Below the pieces are notes generated by a model. The model searched no databases and was not told the DNA's origin. It worked only from the letters and a program-made list of their open reading frames with translations. Position numbers and translations under genes: made by a program. This document shows positions 8,376 to 19,454 of a DNA stretch of 64,000 bases, piece after piece. The DNA lies in assembly GCA_964504535.1 (NCBI GenBank), contig CAZDED010000002.1, forward strand, positions 82,673 to 146,672, written 5' to 3'. The stretch is from an uncultured Gammaproteobacteria bacterium. GTDB lineage: Bacteria > Patescibacteriota > Microgenomatia > Levybacterales > GWA1-39-11. Position 1 is the first letter of the stretch, and each line of letters begins with the position of its first letter.

Positions 8376-10507
8376 AAAGAATTTTCCCAATCATAATTCT
8401 GCTTTTTATCTCTGTCTTTTTTTTCTACAAAACATTTCTTTTTTTTGAAGTCCCATTTCCCGGTGATCTTTTAGTTTCGGAGTACGCCCCGTGGAAATAC
8501 GATTCATACTTGGGATACAATCCCGGTTCTTATCCGAATAAAGCCCAGTATTTTGATGTAGCCCGTCAATTGTATCCTTGGAAAATGCTTGCGATTGATC
8601 TACTCAAGCAAGGAACAATTCCCTTATGGAATCCATACAACTTTTCTGGAAGTCCTCTTCTTGCAAATAACCAATCGGGAGTTTTCTACCCTCTAAATCT
8701 CGTTTTATTTTCGGGCTTCAAAGGCTTTTCTTGGAGTATTTATATTTTTTCTCAACCCTTTTTAGCCTCGATTTTTATGTATCATTTTGCAAAGTCACTG
8801 AAGCGCTCGATTGGGGCATGCCTAATCGCTTCTGTCTCTTTTGGATTTTCTCTTTTCATCTCCACTTTTTTGGAATATGGAAATATTGGCCACACGATTC
8901 TCTGGTTGCCTCTTATATTGTTATGTATAGAGAAATTTAAGGATAAAAAACTACTTTTTGGCCCCATCCTTTCGATTCTAATAAGTTTTGTCTTTTTTGC
9001 CGGTCATCTGCAGATAGCCGTATCACTCGTTCTTTTCTCTTGTGTTTATTTATTTGTGACCAATATAAAAAACAAAATGTTACTTTTAAAGGGATTTCTC
9101 TTTATTTTTCTTGGGATACTGCTTTCATCTGTCCAACTGATTCCGACATTAGAACTGTTATCAAATTCAGCAAGAGAAGCGCACGCGCAACACATGATAA
9201 ATGACCTATTTCTTTTGCTACCACAACAATTAATTCTGCTATTTTCGCCGGATACGTACGGGAACCCGGCTACAAGAAATTATTTACTAACTGACACATA
9301 TCCGGGTAACGCTATATATATAGGTATAATACCTCTTATTTTTGCGACCGTTGCAATTCTTGATAAGAAAAGAGATAGAACAACCAATATTTTTATTCTT
9401 TTTACTGTCGCATTTCTTGTTTTATTCATCAAGAATCCAGTTTCAACTGCAATATTCAATCTGTCTATTTTTTCAGCAAGTTCACCCTCTAATTTTTTCT
9501 ATTTGTTAGGATTTTGCATCAGTGTTCTTTGTGCAATTGGAGTAGACGCAAAAAAGGAAACTTTAAAAAAGAATGTGATAACAGTTGGAATAATTTTTCT
9601 TTTGCCTCTTTTGTTCTTTTTATTACACATACTTTTACATATCCCCGTAAATGCAAAACAATTTTCACTAAGCATGGGAATAGTTGCGATAAGTTCTTTA
9701 GCCTTTATTTTATTTAAAGTTATCAAAACCAGACATCTCTGGGTTCTTCCACTGTTAGTACTTACACTTGAGCTTTTTTACTTCTTTATTAAATTCAATC
9801 CCTTTGTTTCAAAAAATTTGATATACCCTAAAAATGATATGATCTCATACATTCAGAAAGAGGCCGGATACAATCGGTTCATTGGTTTTAGGGCAGCATC
9901 GATTGAATCCAACTTTTCAACATTATTTAAAGCATACTCTCCGGACGGATACGATCCGTTATACCCCAAAATTTACAATTCGTATACGAATTCAAAATCC
10001 CGGTCTGATGTGATAATTGATCTTGCCAACAAAAAAATTCTAGATGAGCTTAGTGTCAGATTCATCCTCGACCGGGTGGAAAATGGAGCAGATGAAAAAG
10101 TGTTTGATCCAAATGAATTTTCTATCATTTATACCAATAATTCATGGCGAGTATTTAAAAATAACGATTCCTACCCGAGAGCATATGTCAATGAAAAAGG
10201 TCAAATTACTCAAGCAAGTATCGTTTCGTATACACCTAACAAAGTAGTGATAAATAAAAATGAGGGAGCCGGAACGTTAGTTTTATCAGATACCTATTTC
10301 CCAGGGTGGGAGGGTAGTATTGACGGCGAGAAAAGCGAGATTGTAAAAGTTAACAGTATTTTTAGAGGGATAATAGTTCCTGCGGGGAAGCACACTATTA
10401 TTTTTGAATACAAACCTAAATCTTTCTATTGGGGTGCAATTGTTACTATAATAAGTAGTGCTCTGACTGTTTGTATGTTTGCTTTATTGAAAAGATATTC
10501 AAAATGA
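8372..10507 (+). CDS. YfhO-family GT-C membrane protein
   Basis: DVARQLYPW, PLWNPYNFSGSPLLAN, AGHLQ, GYDPLY, LSDTYFPGW...FRGI. Confidence 0.82.
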   Translation: MKRIFPIIILLFISVFFFYKTFLFFEVPFPGDLLVSEYAPWKYDSYLGYNPGSYPNKAQYFDVARQLYPWKMLAIDLLKQGTIPLWNPYNFSGSPLLANNQSGVFYPLNLVLFSGFKGFSWSIYIFSQPFLASIFMYHFAKSLKRSIGACLIASVSFGFSLFISTFLEYGNIGHTILWLPLILLCIEKFKDKKLLFGPILSILISFVFFAGHLQIAVSLVLFSCVYLFVTNIKNKMLLLKGFLFIFLGILLSSVQLIPTLELLSNSAREAHAQHMINDLFLLLPQQLILLFSPDTYGNPATRNYLLTDTYPGNAIYIGIIPLIFATVAILDKKRDRTTNIFILFTVAFLVLFIKNPVSTAIFNLSIFSASSPSNFFYLLGFCISVLCAIGVDAKKETLKKNVITVGIIFLLPLLFFLLHILLHIPVNAKQFSLSMGIVAISSLAFILFKVIKTRHLWVLPLLVLTLELFYFFIKFNPFVSKNLIYPKNDMISYIQKEAGYNRFIGFRAASIESNFSTLFKAYSPDGYDPLYPKIYNSYTNSKSRSDVIIDLANKKILDELSVRFILDRVENGADEKVFDPNEFSIIYTNNSWRVFKNNDSYPRAYVNEKGQITQASIVSYTPNKVVINKNEGAGTLVLSDTYFPGWEGSIDGEKSEIVKVNSIFRGIIVPAGKHTIIFEYKPKSFYWGAIVTIISSALTVCMFALLKRYSK

Positions 10508-12201
10508 TAAAGATATTATCTAAATATCAGGGAGTGATGCTTGTGTTTGTTTTTATTTTGGGATTTTTATTGAGATTTAACAATTTAGACAAAATCCCAA
10601 ATGGGTTATATCAAGATGAGACTGCTATCGGATATAACGCCTATTCTATTCTTTCAACAGGAAAAGATGAATATGGTAAGTCCTATCCTGTTTATTTTAA
10701 ATCTTTCGGTGATCAAAAACTTCCGACTTATATTTATATAACTGCAATAAGCGAGAAGATATTTGGTGTCAACACTTTTGCTGTTAGATTTCCGTCTGCC
10801 TTTTTTGGATTTTTGACTGTTGTTGCTTTTTACTTCTTCGTTAAATTATTGACCAAAGACAAAGTAATTGCATTTGTTTCAACGGCTTTACTCTCAATCA
10901 ATCCTTGGAGTCTGGATTATAACCGCGCCACCTTTGAGGTCAGTATTTGCATGTTCCTTTTTGTTTTTGGAGGTTATCTGCTCCTTAAATCATTTGAGAA
11001 TAAAAAGTTTGGGTTGTTTTTGAGTGGCTCAATCCTGTTCATCGTCTGTCTGTACTCCTACAATCTGACAAGACTGCTGTCTCCATTACTGTATGGACTA
11101 ATTTTAGTTATCAACAAAAAACATCTGAGAAACGTGATGAGGGTAGAGTACATAATAACGGTTTTGGTTTCGCTTTTACTTCTTTTGCCATTCGCAACAT
11201 CAATTTTTTCAAGCGGAGGGGCATCATCTGCATCAGGAACCTTTCTCTTCTCAAGTAACGCAGTCAAAGCACCATTGTTAGAATTTCGGAGTTATTTTGT
11301 ATACCACGATTTTTTTGCAAAACTGTTTTTTAACACTTGGGTACTTTTAGGATGGCAATACGTTAACAATATTGTTTCTTATTTCTCAACGCCGTTCTTA
11401 TTTGTCACCGGATCTGCTCATGGTAATCATGGTATCGGTAATGCAGGACAACTATATTTATTTGAGTTTCCACTCGTGATTCTGGGTATTGTGATTGCTT
11501 TGAAGAATAGGCTTCACGGGACTAAATTATTAGTTGCGTGGGGGGTTATTACAGTTCTTGTAGCATCGTTGACACGGGATATACCTCAAGCGACCAGAAG
11601 CATCTTTCTTGTGGTCCCCCTTGAGATATTCTCCGGAGTAGGACTTGTATATTTTTACAAATATGCAAAAACAATCAAACCGTTCTTTCTAAAAAGTATC
11701 GTCTGGATAATTGTTATTGGAGTCTCGCTTTATTCAATTCTATTTTATTTTTCATCTTACTACATTAGATTTCCTATCTATTATGCAAAGCAATGGAGGC
11801 AGCAAGATCAGGAATTAGTAAAGTACTTAGTCTCAGAAGAGAAGAAGTATGATCATGTTATTGTTGATTCAAAATCAGGTTTTATTTATTCTTCATATTT
11901 ATTTTATTCATTGTTTTCTCCGCAGGAATTTCAAAACAGTGTAAAAAGGTTGCCGGATGACAAGGAAGGATTTAGTAAAGTTGCGAGTTTTGGAAAATTT
12001 GAATTTCGGGATGTAGATTGGCAGAATGATATAAATACTCCAAAAACTCTAATTATAACCACGAATAATTTCAGACCAAAAGAAATGCCTGTTGAAAAGT
12101 CATTTAATTATCCGGTACGCCCTGTCGTCCAATCAGTTGGAGAAGTAATCAGTATTTTTCCTGTTACAGATAACGCCTATGAAGTTGTCAAAGCTAAGTA
12201 A
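10504..12201 (+). CDS. GT-C, ArnT/PMT_2-like (DExxxGYNAY subfamily)
   Basis: DETAIGYNAYSILSTGKDEYG, FGDQKLP, AVRFPSA; ATG 10504 forms an ATGA overlap with the upstream stop. Confidence 0.83.
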   Translation: MIKILSKYQGVMLVFVFILGFLLRFNNLDKIPNGLYQDETAIGYNAYSILSTGKDEYGKSYPVYFKSFGDQKLPTYIYITAISEKIFGVNTFAVRFPSAFFGFLTVVAFYFFVKLLTKDKVIAFVSTALLSINPWSLDYNRATFEVSICMFLFVFGGYLLLKSFENKKFGLFLSGSILFIVCLYSYNLTRLLSPLLYGLILVINKKHLRNVMRVEYIITVLVSLLLLLPFATSIFSSGGASSASGTFLFSSNAVKAPLLEFRSYFVYHDFFAKLFFNTWVLLGWQYVNNIVSYFSTPFLFVTGSAHGNHGIGNAGQLYLFEFPLVILGIVIALKNRLHGTKLLVAWGVITVLVASLTRDIPQATRSIFLVVPLEIFSGVGLVYFYKYAKTIKPFFLKSIVWIIVIGVSLYSILFYFSSYYIRFPIYYAKQWRQQDQELVKYLVSEEKKYDHVIVDSKSGFIYSSYLFYSLFSPQEFQNSVKRLPDDKEGFSKVASFGKFEFRDVDWQNDINTPKTLIITTNNFRPKEMPVEKSFNYPVRPVVQSVGEVISIFPVTDNAYEVVKAK

Positions 12202-13726
12202 AATAGTACTTTTCCCGATTTTAGCAGGAATTCTTTCAATTCCTTCGATATTTTCTCTCCTAAGACAAGGATTTTTCACTTCCGATGATGGTGGGTGGAT
12301 GATCATTCGATTTGCTGCTTTTTACAGTAGTTTTTCAGATGGGCAATTTCCTGTGAGATTTCTGAAAGGTCTTAATTTCGGATATGGGTATCCGGTAGCC
12401 AATTTTTTGTACCCTGGATTCATGTATATGGCAACTCCATTTCACCTGTTGGGTTTTGGAATCGTAGATAGCATAAAAATAGTAGTAATATTTAGTTTTA
12501 TTTTCTCCTCAGTCTTTACTTTTTTATGGTTAAGAACACTATTTAACAAACTTCCATCACTGATAGGCTCTGTGTTATTTGTCTATACTCCATATCATCT
12601 CTTCGATTTGTATAAGCGGGGGTCAGTTGGAGAAATTGTTTCGCTTACTTTTGTGCCACTGGTTCTTTATGGAATTGAAAAAAGAAATTTTTATGTCATT
12701 TCAATTGCTATATTTTTATTGATTATTTCCCATAATTCCATGGCATTACTATTTTTGCCTTTGATTCTTGCCTATATCTTTATCCGGTATTCTGTTGATA
12801 AGAAATTAATTTTAGGAGTAGGAACTGGTATCGCACTTTCTTCCTTTTTTATATTTCCTGCAGTGCTTGAATTAGGGTATACATATTTTAAAAAGACATC
12901 GATATCAAATCCTTCCGAATATTTTGTTGGGATAGACCTTATTGGGATCATATCTATTCTTCTTCCATTAGCATCACTTGTTGTCTATAGACTGATGAGA
13001 AAAAATAAAAAGGATTCAACTGGGATTATTTTTCTTTTTATTACCGTTTCTTTAATTGGAATATTTCTAAGTACTTCACTAAGTGAGTTTTTGTGGAAAA
13101 CACCGATTGCATCTCTTCTGCAGTTCCCATTTAGAGTACTTGCATTATTACTCGTAAGTAACGCCTTCTTGTCTGCATTCATAGTTAATTTTTTCAAAGG
13201 ATCAATAAGAATTGTTGTTTGTGTAGTTATATTATGCGTGAGTGCATATTCATGTATTAGTTTTCTAAAGCCGGAGGAATTTAATGATATTCCAGATTCG
13301 GTCTATGCAACAAATCCTGCCACAACAACGGTGAAGAATGAATACATGCCAATATGGGTAACCGAATTTCCAGAATCACAGTATGAGCATAAAGTCGAGT
13401 TATTAAATGGAGTAGGGGAGGTTGGCAATCTAATTGAGAAGTCGAATAATATCAGTTTTGATCTGAATAATAATACTGCAACTGAAATAAGACTAAACAC
13501 TGTTTATTATCCTGGGTGGAGGGCGTATGTTGATAATAATGAAGTAAAAATACAGTATATGAATCCTAAAGGGGTTATGGATATCCCTATTGCCGAAGGA
13601 CAAAAAAATATTCGATTTGTTTTTTCAGAAACTCCTGCAAGGCTGATAGCGGATTTGATATCCGGCCTTGCCGTTATTGCTTTGATGTTATACCCTTTTT
13701 GGGTACGAAATAAATTTAAGAAATGA
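12179..13726 (+). CDS. GT-C, 'PTPS-related'/YfhO-like membrane protein
   Basis: SDDGGWMIIR, GYGYPVANFLYP, RGSVGE, SHN, QFPFR, YYPGW. Confidence 0.78.
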   Translation: MKLSKLSKIVLFPILAGILSIPSIFSLLRQGFFTSDDGGWMIIRFAAFYSSFSDGQFPVRFLKGLNFGYGYPVANFLYPGFMYMATPFHLLGFGIVDSIKIVVIFSFIFSSVFTFLWLRTLFNKLPSLIGSVLFVYTPYHLFDLYKRGSVGEIVSLTFVPLVLYGIEKRNFYVISIAIFLLIISHNSMALLFLPLILAYIFIRYSVDKKLILGVGTGIALSSFFIFPAVLELGYTYFKKTSISNPSEYFVGIDLIGIISILLPLASLVVYRLMRKNKKDSTGIIFLFITVSLIGIFLSTSLSEFLWKTPIASLLQFPFRVLALLLVSNAFLSAFIVNFFKGSIRIVVCVVILCVSAYSCISFLKPEEFNDIPDSVYATNPATTTVKNEYMPIWVTEFPESQYEHKVELLNGVGEVGNLIEKSNNISFDLNNNTATEIRLNTVYYPGWRAYVDNNEVKIQYMNPKGVMDIPIAEGQKNIRFVFSETPARLIADLISGLAVIALMLYPFWVRNKFKK

Positions 13727-15426
13727 AAAAAATTCATAAAACTATTCTTATACTTTTCATTATTCTTTTCGGGTTAGGCACAATATTTCCATTGTTTCAT
13801 TCCGGCTTTTTTGAAGTTCATGATAATACGCAGGTCGAAAGGGTATACCAGATGGGAGTTTCACTAGCTGACAAATCATTTCCCGTCCGGTGGGTTCCTG
13901 ATCTTGGTTATGGATATGGCTATCCGATATTCAATTTTTATGCACCCCTCCCATATTATGTGGGGGGAATCCTTTTCATAAGTGGCATTGGAGCTCTTTT
14001 TGCAACAAAGATTATGTTTGGCTTGGGTATATTACTTTCAGGAATTTCTATGTATTTTCTCACAAAGAAATTTTTTGGGGTAGGACCTGGAGTGGTTGGA
14101 AGCGTAATATACATGTACTTTCCATACCACGCGGTTAATATATACGTTAGGGGAGCAGTGGGTGAATTTTTTGCTTATGCTGCTATTCCTCTCATATTTC
14201 TTGGGTTATTCCAATTCGTCGAAAATAGGAAGGCAACCTTAGTCACTTCTGAAAATTTCCGCACGGTCGTTTTGACTTCTTTTGCCATCTTTCTTGTAGC
14301 AATATCCCACAACTTAAGTATCTTTATGTTCCTCATTCTTCTAGTTCCCTTTATTGTAATCAGTTTGTTTGTTATTAGAAATAAAAGAAATTTTCTTCTG
14401 TTATCCGGCACTTCAATCGTTATCGGTTTTATGCTTAGCGCTTTCTATATTCTTCCAGCATTTATGGAAATGTCTTATACCAATGTTGGGTCTCAAGTTG
14501 GAGGAGGGGCATACGTTCCCGACCACTTTGTATGCGTGGGGCAATTTGTAGATAGTATTTGGGGATTTGGAGGATCTGTAAAAGGATGTTTGGATGGGCT
14601 CAGTTTTAGACTTGGGAAAGTAAATATTTTACTTGCTATTTTTGGTGTGGTTTTGTTGATTCACGCTTTTTACCGTAGAAAGATAGAACGGACGGATATG
14701 CTTGCTCTCGTAAGTTTTTTGCTCCTTTGTTGTTCAGTATTTTTGAGTCTTAGTCCCTCAAGATTTGTTTGGGATAGTATTCCATTCATGCAGTATATTC
14801 AATATCCATGGAGATTTTTGAATTTTATCGGACTATTCATCTCAATTATTGCCTCTTATTCTGTATTTAAGATCAGTAAAAACTCTTGGAAAAAAGGAAT
14901 CGTTCTTATGATTTTGATCATTATCCTGACGTTATTTACAAATTTAAAGTTATTCAGCCCTCAGGAATTTAATAATTATTCCGACAGTCACTACACTTCA
15001 CAAAACCATATACGCTTTGACACGTCAAAAATATCAGATGAATACTTGCCCTCTGGTTTTCAGACTCCTTATTCCGCCTACGAATTACCTAGTGCAACGG
15101 TAGAGTTGCTCAAGACAAGTGGAAATGTCGGTGTAATTGCGTATCATACCGGATACCTTAAAGCATCGTATCAGGCTTTGTCCGATGGTGTTATTCATGT
15201 TAACTATGCATACTTCCCGGGATGGCAAGCAAGTGTTAATGGGGAGAAGATGCCAATAGTCCCGACTGCTGATGGAATGAATATATCTGTTAGGAAGGGG
15301 AGTGGACAGTTAGAGCTCAAATTTGTACAGACACCCATCGAAGTTGCCGGAAATACTATTACTATTCTTGCTTTTTTAGTATTGTTACTTGGTATAATAA
15401 AAACCAGTTTGAATAGCAAGAAATAG
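13723..15426 (+). CDS. GT-C, 'PTPS-related'/YfhO-like membrane protein
   Basis: VHDNTQVER, GYGYGYPIFNFYAP, RGAVGE, SHN, QYPWRF, YFPGW. Confidence 0.78.
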   Translation: MKKIHKTILILFIILFGLGTIFPLFHSGFFEVHDNTQVERVYQMGVSLADKSFPVRWVPDLGYGYGYPIFNFYAPLPYYVGGILFISGIGALFATKIMFGLGILLSGISMYFLTKKFFGVGPGVVGSVIYMYFPYHAVNIYVRGAVGEFFAYAAIPLIFLGLFQFVENRKATLVTSENFRTVVLTSFAIFLVAISHNLSIFMFLILLVPFIVISLFVIRNKRNFLLLSGTSIVIGFMLSAFYILPAFMEMSYTNVGSQVGGGAYVPDHFVCVGQFVDSIWGFGGSVKGCLDGLSFRLGKVNILLAIFGVVLLIHAFYRRKIERTDMLALVSFLLLCCSVFLSLSPSRFVWDSIPFMQYIQYPWRFLNFIGLFISIIASYSVFKISKNSWKKGIVLMILIIILTLFTNLKLFSPQEFNNYSDSHYTSQNHIRFDTSKISDEYLPSGFQTPYSAYELPSATVELLKTSGNVGVIAYHTGYLKASYQALSDGVIHVNYAYFPGWQASVNGEKMPIVPTADGMNISVRKGSGQLELKFVQTPIEVAGNTITILAFLVLLLGIIKTSLNSKK

Positions 15427-15427
15427 T

Positions 15428-16141
15428 ATGAGTAAGCTGTTGCCTGAACTATCTATCTTTTTTCCCTTCTGGAACGAGGAGAAAAATGTAAAACATGTTG
15501 TTGAGAATGCGATACCTGTCGCGCGTGAAGTAGCTGAAAAATGGGAGATCATAATAGTAGATGACGGCTCATCAGACAAGACCTACGCCATAGGTCAAGA
15601 ACTGGCAAAAAAACACGAGAATGTTAAAGTAATAACCCACAATCCTAACCGCGGATATGGAGCAGCTCTTAAAGAAGGATTTGAAAACGCAAAATATGAT
15701 TATGTCGTATTTACTGATGGTGATAGACAGTTTGATTTTGGCGAGGTTAAAAAATTGATAGGTGCCCTTGATGGTGCTGATATTGTCATTGGCTTTAGAA
15801 AAAGAAGAAGAGACAGTATATCAAGACATGTTTTGATGTATCTTCTGAAGTTTTGGGATTATATTTTCTTTAGATTTTACTTCAAAGATATTGACTGTGG
15901 TTTTAAATTATTTACAAGACATGCCCTTGTAGAAATTATGCCACTTAGATCAGAAGGAGCAATGATCACTACAGAAATCCTTGCAAAGGCGACACGAAAG
16001 AAGTTAAAGATAAAGCAGGTAGAAGTTAATCACTATAAAAGAGAATACGGTGCTCAGAGTGGTGCTAATATTGCTGTTGTTATACGCGCTGTTCTGGAAA
16101 GTTTTATATTGTGGTTTGACATCCTCAATAAAAGGATTTAA
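15428..16141 (+). CDS. GT2, polyprenol-phosphate glycosyltransferase (DPM-synthase-like)
   Basis: FFPFWNEE, VDDGSSD, NRGYGAAL, FTDGD, DIDCGFKLF. Confidence 0.88.
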   Translation: MSKLLPELSIFFPFWNEEKNVKHVVENAIPVAREVAEKWEIIIVDDGSSDKTYAIGQELAKKHENVKVITHNPNRGYGAALKEGFENAKYDYVVFTDGDRQFDFGEVKKLIGALDGADIVIGFRKRRRDSISRHVLMYLLKFWDYIFFRFYFKDIDCGFKLFTRHALVEIMPLRSEGAMITTEILAKATRKKLKIKQVEVNHYKREYGAQSGANIAVVIRAVLESFILWFDILNKRI

Positions 16142-16173
16142 AAAATATTAATGGCAGACAAGGTTAACTTTAT

Positions 16174-17628
16174 ATGGATGAATTCGAGTTGCATGCTATT
16201 GCCACAAAGTCTGTCAAAGGCGTTTTCGCGTTAGTATCACGATCTTTCCTGCTGCAGCTTCTTGGTGTTGCAACAAGTTTTATTCTGACGTTATATCTAG
16301 ATCCAGCAAGCTTTGGCGTATTTTTTGTAGTTTCCTCAATAATTGTCTTTTTTAATTATTTTCAGGACATTGGTCTTGCTGCGTCTTTAATTCAAAAAAA
16401 AGATGAACCAACGATACGTGAACTACGTACGGTATTTTTTATTCAAGAATTACTCGTATTGGCTCTTATTATTCCCGCCATACTGTTCTCAAACTCAATT
16501 GTACATTTCTACAAACTTAATGGTGATGGATACATACTCTATATCTCTTTACTGATTTCATTCTTCCTAACGTCCCTTCGAACAATCCCTACAGTTATTA
16601 TGGAGAGAAAGCTTGACTATACAAAGCTGGTAGTGCCTCAAATTTTAGAAAATCTCACTTACAATGTTTGTCTGATTGTATTTGCTATCGCCGGGTTTAA
16701 GGTGCAGAGCTTTACGATAGCAATTTTAGCCAGAAGTGCGGTTGGTCTTATAGCAACATATGTTGTTTCTCCATGGCCAATCGGGCTTGCATTTGATAGG
16801 CAGAGTCTCAGAAAACTCATCTCATTTGGGATACCATTCCAAACGAACAGTATCCTGGCTTTATTTAAGGATGATTTCAGAACAATTTATCTAGGGAAGG
16901 TTTTACCGATTTCACAACTTGGATATATTGGTTTTGCAGAAAAAATGGCCAACCTTCCCCTGCGGCTTGTCATGGACAACGTTATAAAAGTAACATTTCC
17001 TTCATTTAGTAGGCTTCAGGAGGACAAAGAAGCCTTGAAGTTGGCAATAGAAAAATCTCTTTTTCTTATTTCACTTGCGATATTTCCAATAGCTGTTGGA
17101 ATCATCAGCTACTCTCCATACCTCATGCAGTTCATACCTAAATATCAAAAATGGGAGCCTGCAGTGATATCCATAATGTTTTTCTCGCTTGGGACTGTTC
17201 TTTCCTCGATATCAACTCCACTGACAAATTTTCTCAATGCTATAGGTAAGGTCAAAATAACTCTTTATTTTATGGTTTTTTGGACAATAGCAATTTGGTT
17301 CTTAACGATACCATTGATTCATATGTACGGCTACAACGGAGTTGCAATAGCCTCTTTCCTTGTGTCCTTAACATCTGTGGGAGTATTTTATGTAGCAAAG
17401 AAGCATGTAAAATTTAAGATATTCGGATCCATATATAAGCAGTTCATTGCTGCAGTTGTTATGTACATCTTCGCTTTGGCAACAAGCAGCATGATTAGTT
17501 CACTGGTTATCATGCTTTTGTTCTCAGTTATCTCACTGGTAGTTTATTTTGCTGTAATAATGCTTATTGCCCGGAAAGAATTTCTCAAAACTGCCCGCTT
17601 CGTTTTAAGTTCTGTGAGAAAACATTAA
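16174..17628 (+). CDS. Wzx/PST-type oligosaccharide flippase
   Basis: 484 aa, many TMs; FQDIGLAASLIQKK and KVTFPSFSRLQ, typical of WzxC-like exporters. Confidence 0.88.
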   Translation: MDEFELHAIATKSVKGVFALVSRSFLLQLLGVATSFILTLYLDPASFGVFFVVSSIIVFFNYFQDIGLAASLIQKKDEPTIRELRTVFFIQELLVLALIIPAILFSNSIVHFYKLNGDGYILYISLLISFFLTSLRTIPTVIMERKLDYTKLVVPQILENLTYNVCLIVFAIAGFKVQSFTIAILARSAVGLIATYVVSPWPIGLAFDRQSLRKLISFGIPFQTNSILALFKDDFRTIYLGKVLPISQLGYIGFAEKMANLPLRLVMDNVIKVTFPSFSRLQEDKEALKLAIEKSLFLISLAIFPIAVGIISYSPYLMQFIPKYQKWEPAVISIMFFSLGTVLSSISTPLTNFLNAIGKVKITLYFMVFWTIAIWFLTIPLIHMYGYNGVAIASFLVSLTSVGVFYVAKKHVKFKIFGSIYKQFIAAVVMYIFALATSSMISSLVIMLLFSVISLVVYFAVIMLIARKEFLKTARFVLSSVRKH

Positions 17629-17631
17629 ATC

Positions 17632-17640
17632 TGATAAACT
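17632..17640 (+). promoter_or_regulatory. extended -10 promoter (leaderless)
   Basis: TGaTAAACT, 6 nt, then ATG at 17647. Confidence 0.55.
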
Positions 17641-17646
17641 ACAAAT

Positions 17647-18546
17647 ATGAAGGTAAGTGTGGTGATTTCCGCCTACAATGAAGAGGAAAAGATTGAAAAA
17701 TGTCTTTCCTCTGTGAAAGATATAGCCGATGAAATAATTTTTGTTGATAACTCTTCAACTGATGGAACGGTACGAATTGCTAGAAAATATACTGATAAGG
17801 TTTTTTCGCGCGAAAATAACCCGATGCTCAACGTGAATAAGAATTTCGGTTTTACAAAAGCAACAAAGAATTGGATACTCAGTCTAGATGCAGATGAGCG
17901 GGTAACTCCAGAACTCGCTTCAGAAATCATGCAGTTGTCTGAATCAGAAGATGTAAGAGGTTACTTTATTCCAAGGAAAAACATAATTTTTGGTAAGTGG
18001 ATTCGTCATACCGGCTGGTACCCCGATTATCAACTACGGCTTTTCAGGGCAGACAGTGGAAGGTTTGCGGAAAAACAGGTGCACGAGATGATTTCTCTTG
18101 TTGGTGCTTCAGAGCATCTTGAAAGTCCGATGGAGCATTTGAATTATGAGAATATTACACAGTTTTTAAATAAAATGGTTAAAACCTATACAGTTTCTGA
18201 AGCAGAGAATTTAATAAGTCAGGGATACAAATACAACTCTCTTGATCTTGTTAAGATGCCCCTTTCAGAATTTTTGAAGCGTTATTTTGCGGAAAGTGGA
18301 TATAAGGATGGGATGCATGGATTAGTCCTTTCTCTTCTTCAAGGATTTTATCATTTCGTAGTTTTTCTAAGACTTTGGGAAGCTAATAATTATCCAGATG
18401 AGAAGGATGGCCAAGCATTGCTTTTGGAAGGCAAGAAGATGGTATCTCATGAATTCAAGTATTGGGTTACCCATACTAAGATAGAAAACGAAGCAAACGT
18501 TTTGAAAAAAAATCTGTTAAAAGTAAAAAGAAAAATCCTTCTCTGA
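17647..18546 (+). CDS. GT2, WaaE/KdtX-like beta-glucosyltransferase family
   Basis: AYNEE, LDADE, WYPDYQLRLF, VHE, GYKDGMHGL. Confidence 0.87.
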   Translation: MKVSVVISAYNEEEKIEKCLSSVKDIADEIIFVDNSSTDGTVRIARKYTDKVFSRENNPMLNVNKNFGFTKATKNWILSLDADERVTPELASEIMQLSESEDVRGYFIPRKNIIFGKWIRHTGWYPDYQLRLFRADSGRFAEKQVHEMISLVGASEHLESPMEHLNYENITQFLNKMVKTYTVSEAENLISQGYKYNSLDLVKMPLSEFLKRYFAESGYKDGMHGLVLSLLQGFYHFVVFLRLWEANNYPDEKDGQALLLEGKKMVSHEFKYWVTHTKIENEANVLKKNLLKVKRKILL

Positions 18547-19454
18547 TGTACAAAGTAATCGTTTCAATACTCCATTACAACAATGATCACGATACCCTTT
18601 CGTGTTTGGATTCACTTCTTGCCTTAAATCTTGAAGACATAAAGATAAGTACTTACGTGCTTGATAACGGTTCTAAGAAGGAGCTTGATATAGATCCTTC
18701 AAAATACGACCTTCTGGACCTGACCGTCATAAGAAATCCTAAGAACACCGGATTTACCGGAGGGCATAATATGATCTTTGGTAAAGTTGAAGATAAGGAA
18801 TTCGATTATTTCATGATACTGAACAACGACACGATAGTACATCCGGATCTCATAAAGGAAATGGTTAACACTATACAAAAAAATGGAGTAGGGGCAGTTG
18901 TCCCAAAAATATATTTTACAAAAGGTCATGAGTTTCATAAAGAACGATATAGTGAGAATGATTTAGGGAAAGTTTTCTGGTATGCAGGAGGATACATGGA
19001 TTGGAATCATGTCGTAAGTAAACACAGAGGAGTCGATGAAATAGATCATGGACAATTCGGTGAGGAAGAAGCTATAGGATTTGCTACAGGAGCATGCATT
19101 CTCATGCGGAAAAATCTTTTAAAAAAGATTGGCTTATTTGATGAAAAATATTTCCTTTATTATGAAGATGCAGATCTAACTCAAAGAATCATAAAATCAT
19201 CTCACAAAATATTCTATAACCCCAAAGCTATCCTTTGTCACAATAATGCAGGATCTTCTTCTTCCGGGTCTTCCCTGCACGATTATTATCTTACAAGAAA
19301 TAGGATGTTGTTTGGTATGCATTATGCGCCACTAAAGACCAGATTATTTTTGGTGAAAGAAAGCCTTGTGCTTTTGAAATCAGGTAGGATGTGGCAAAAA
19401 AAAGGCATAAAGGACTACTACTTACACAAATTTGGCAAAGGAAGCTATGAATAG
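18546..19454 (+). CDS. GT2, WbbL/rhamnosyltransferase-like
   Basis: GFTGGHN, LNND, FATGACILM, FDEKYFLYYEDADL. Confidence 0.87.
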   Translation: MYKVIVSILHYNNDHDTLSCLDSLLALNLEDIKISTYVLDNGSKKELDIDPSKYDLLDLTVIRNPKNTGFTGGHNMIFGKVEDKEFDYFMILNNDTIVHPDLIKEMVNTIQKNGVGAVVPKIYFTKGHEFHKERYSENDLGKVFWYAGGYMDWNHVVSKHRGVDEIDHGQFGEEEAIGFATGACILMRKNLLKKIGLFDEKYFLYYEDADLTQRIIKSSHKIFYNPKAILCHNNAGSSSSGSSLHDYYLTRNRMLFGMHYAPLKTRLFLVKESLVLLKSGRMWQKKGIKDYYLHKFGKGSYE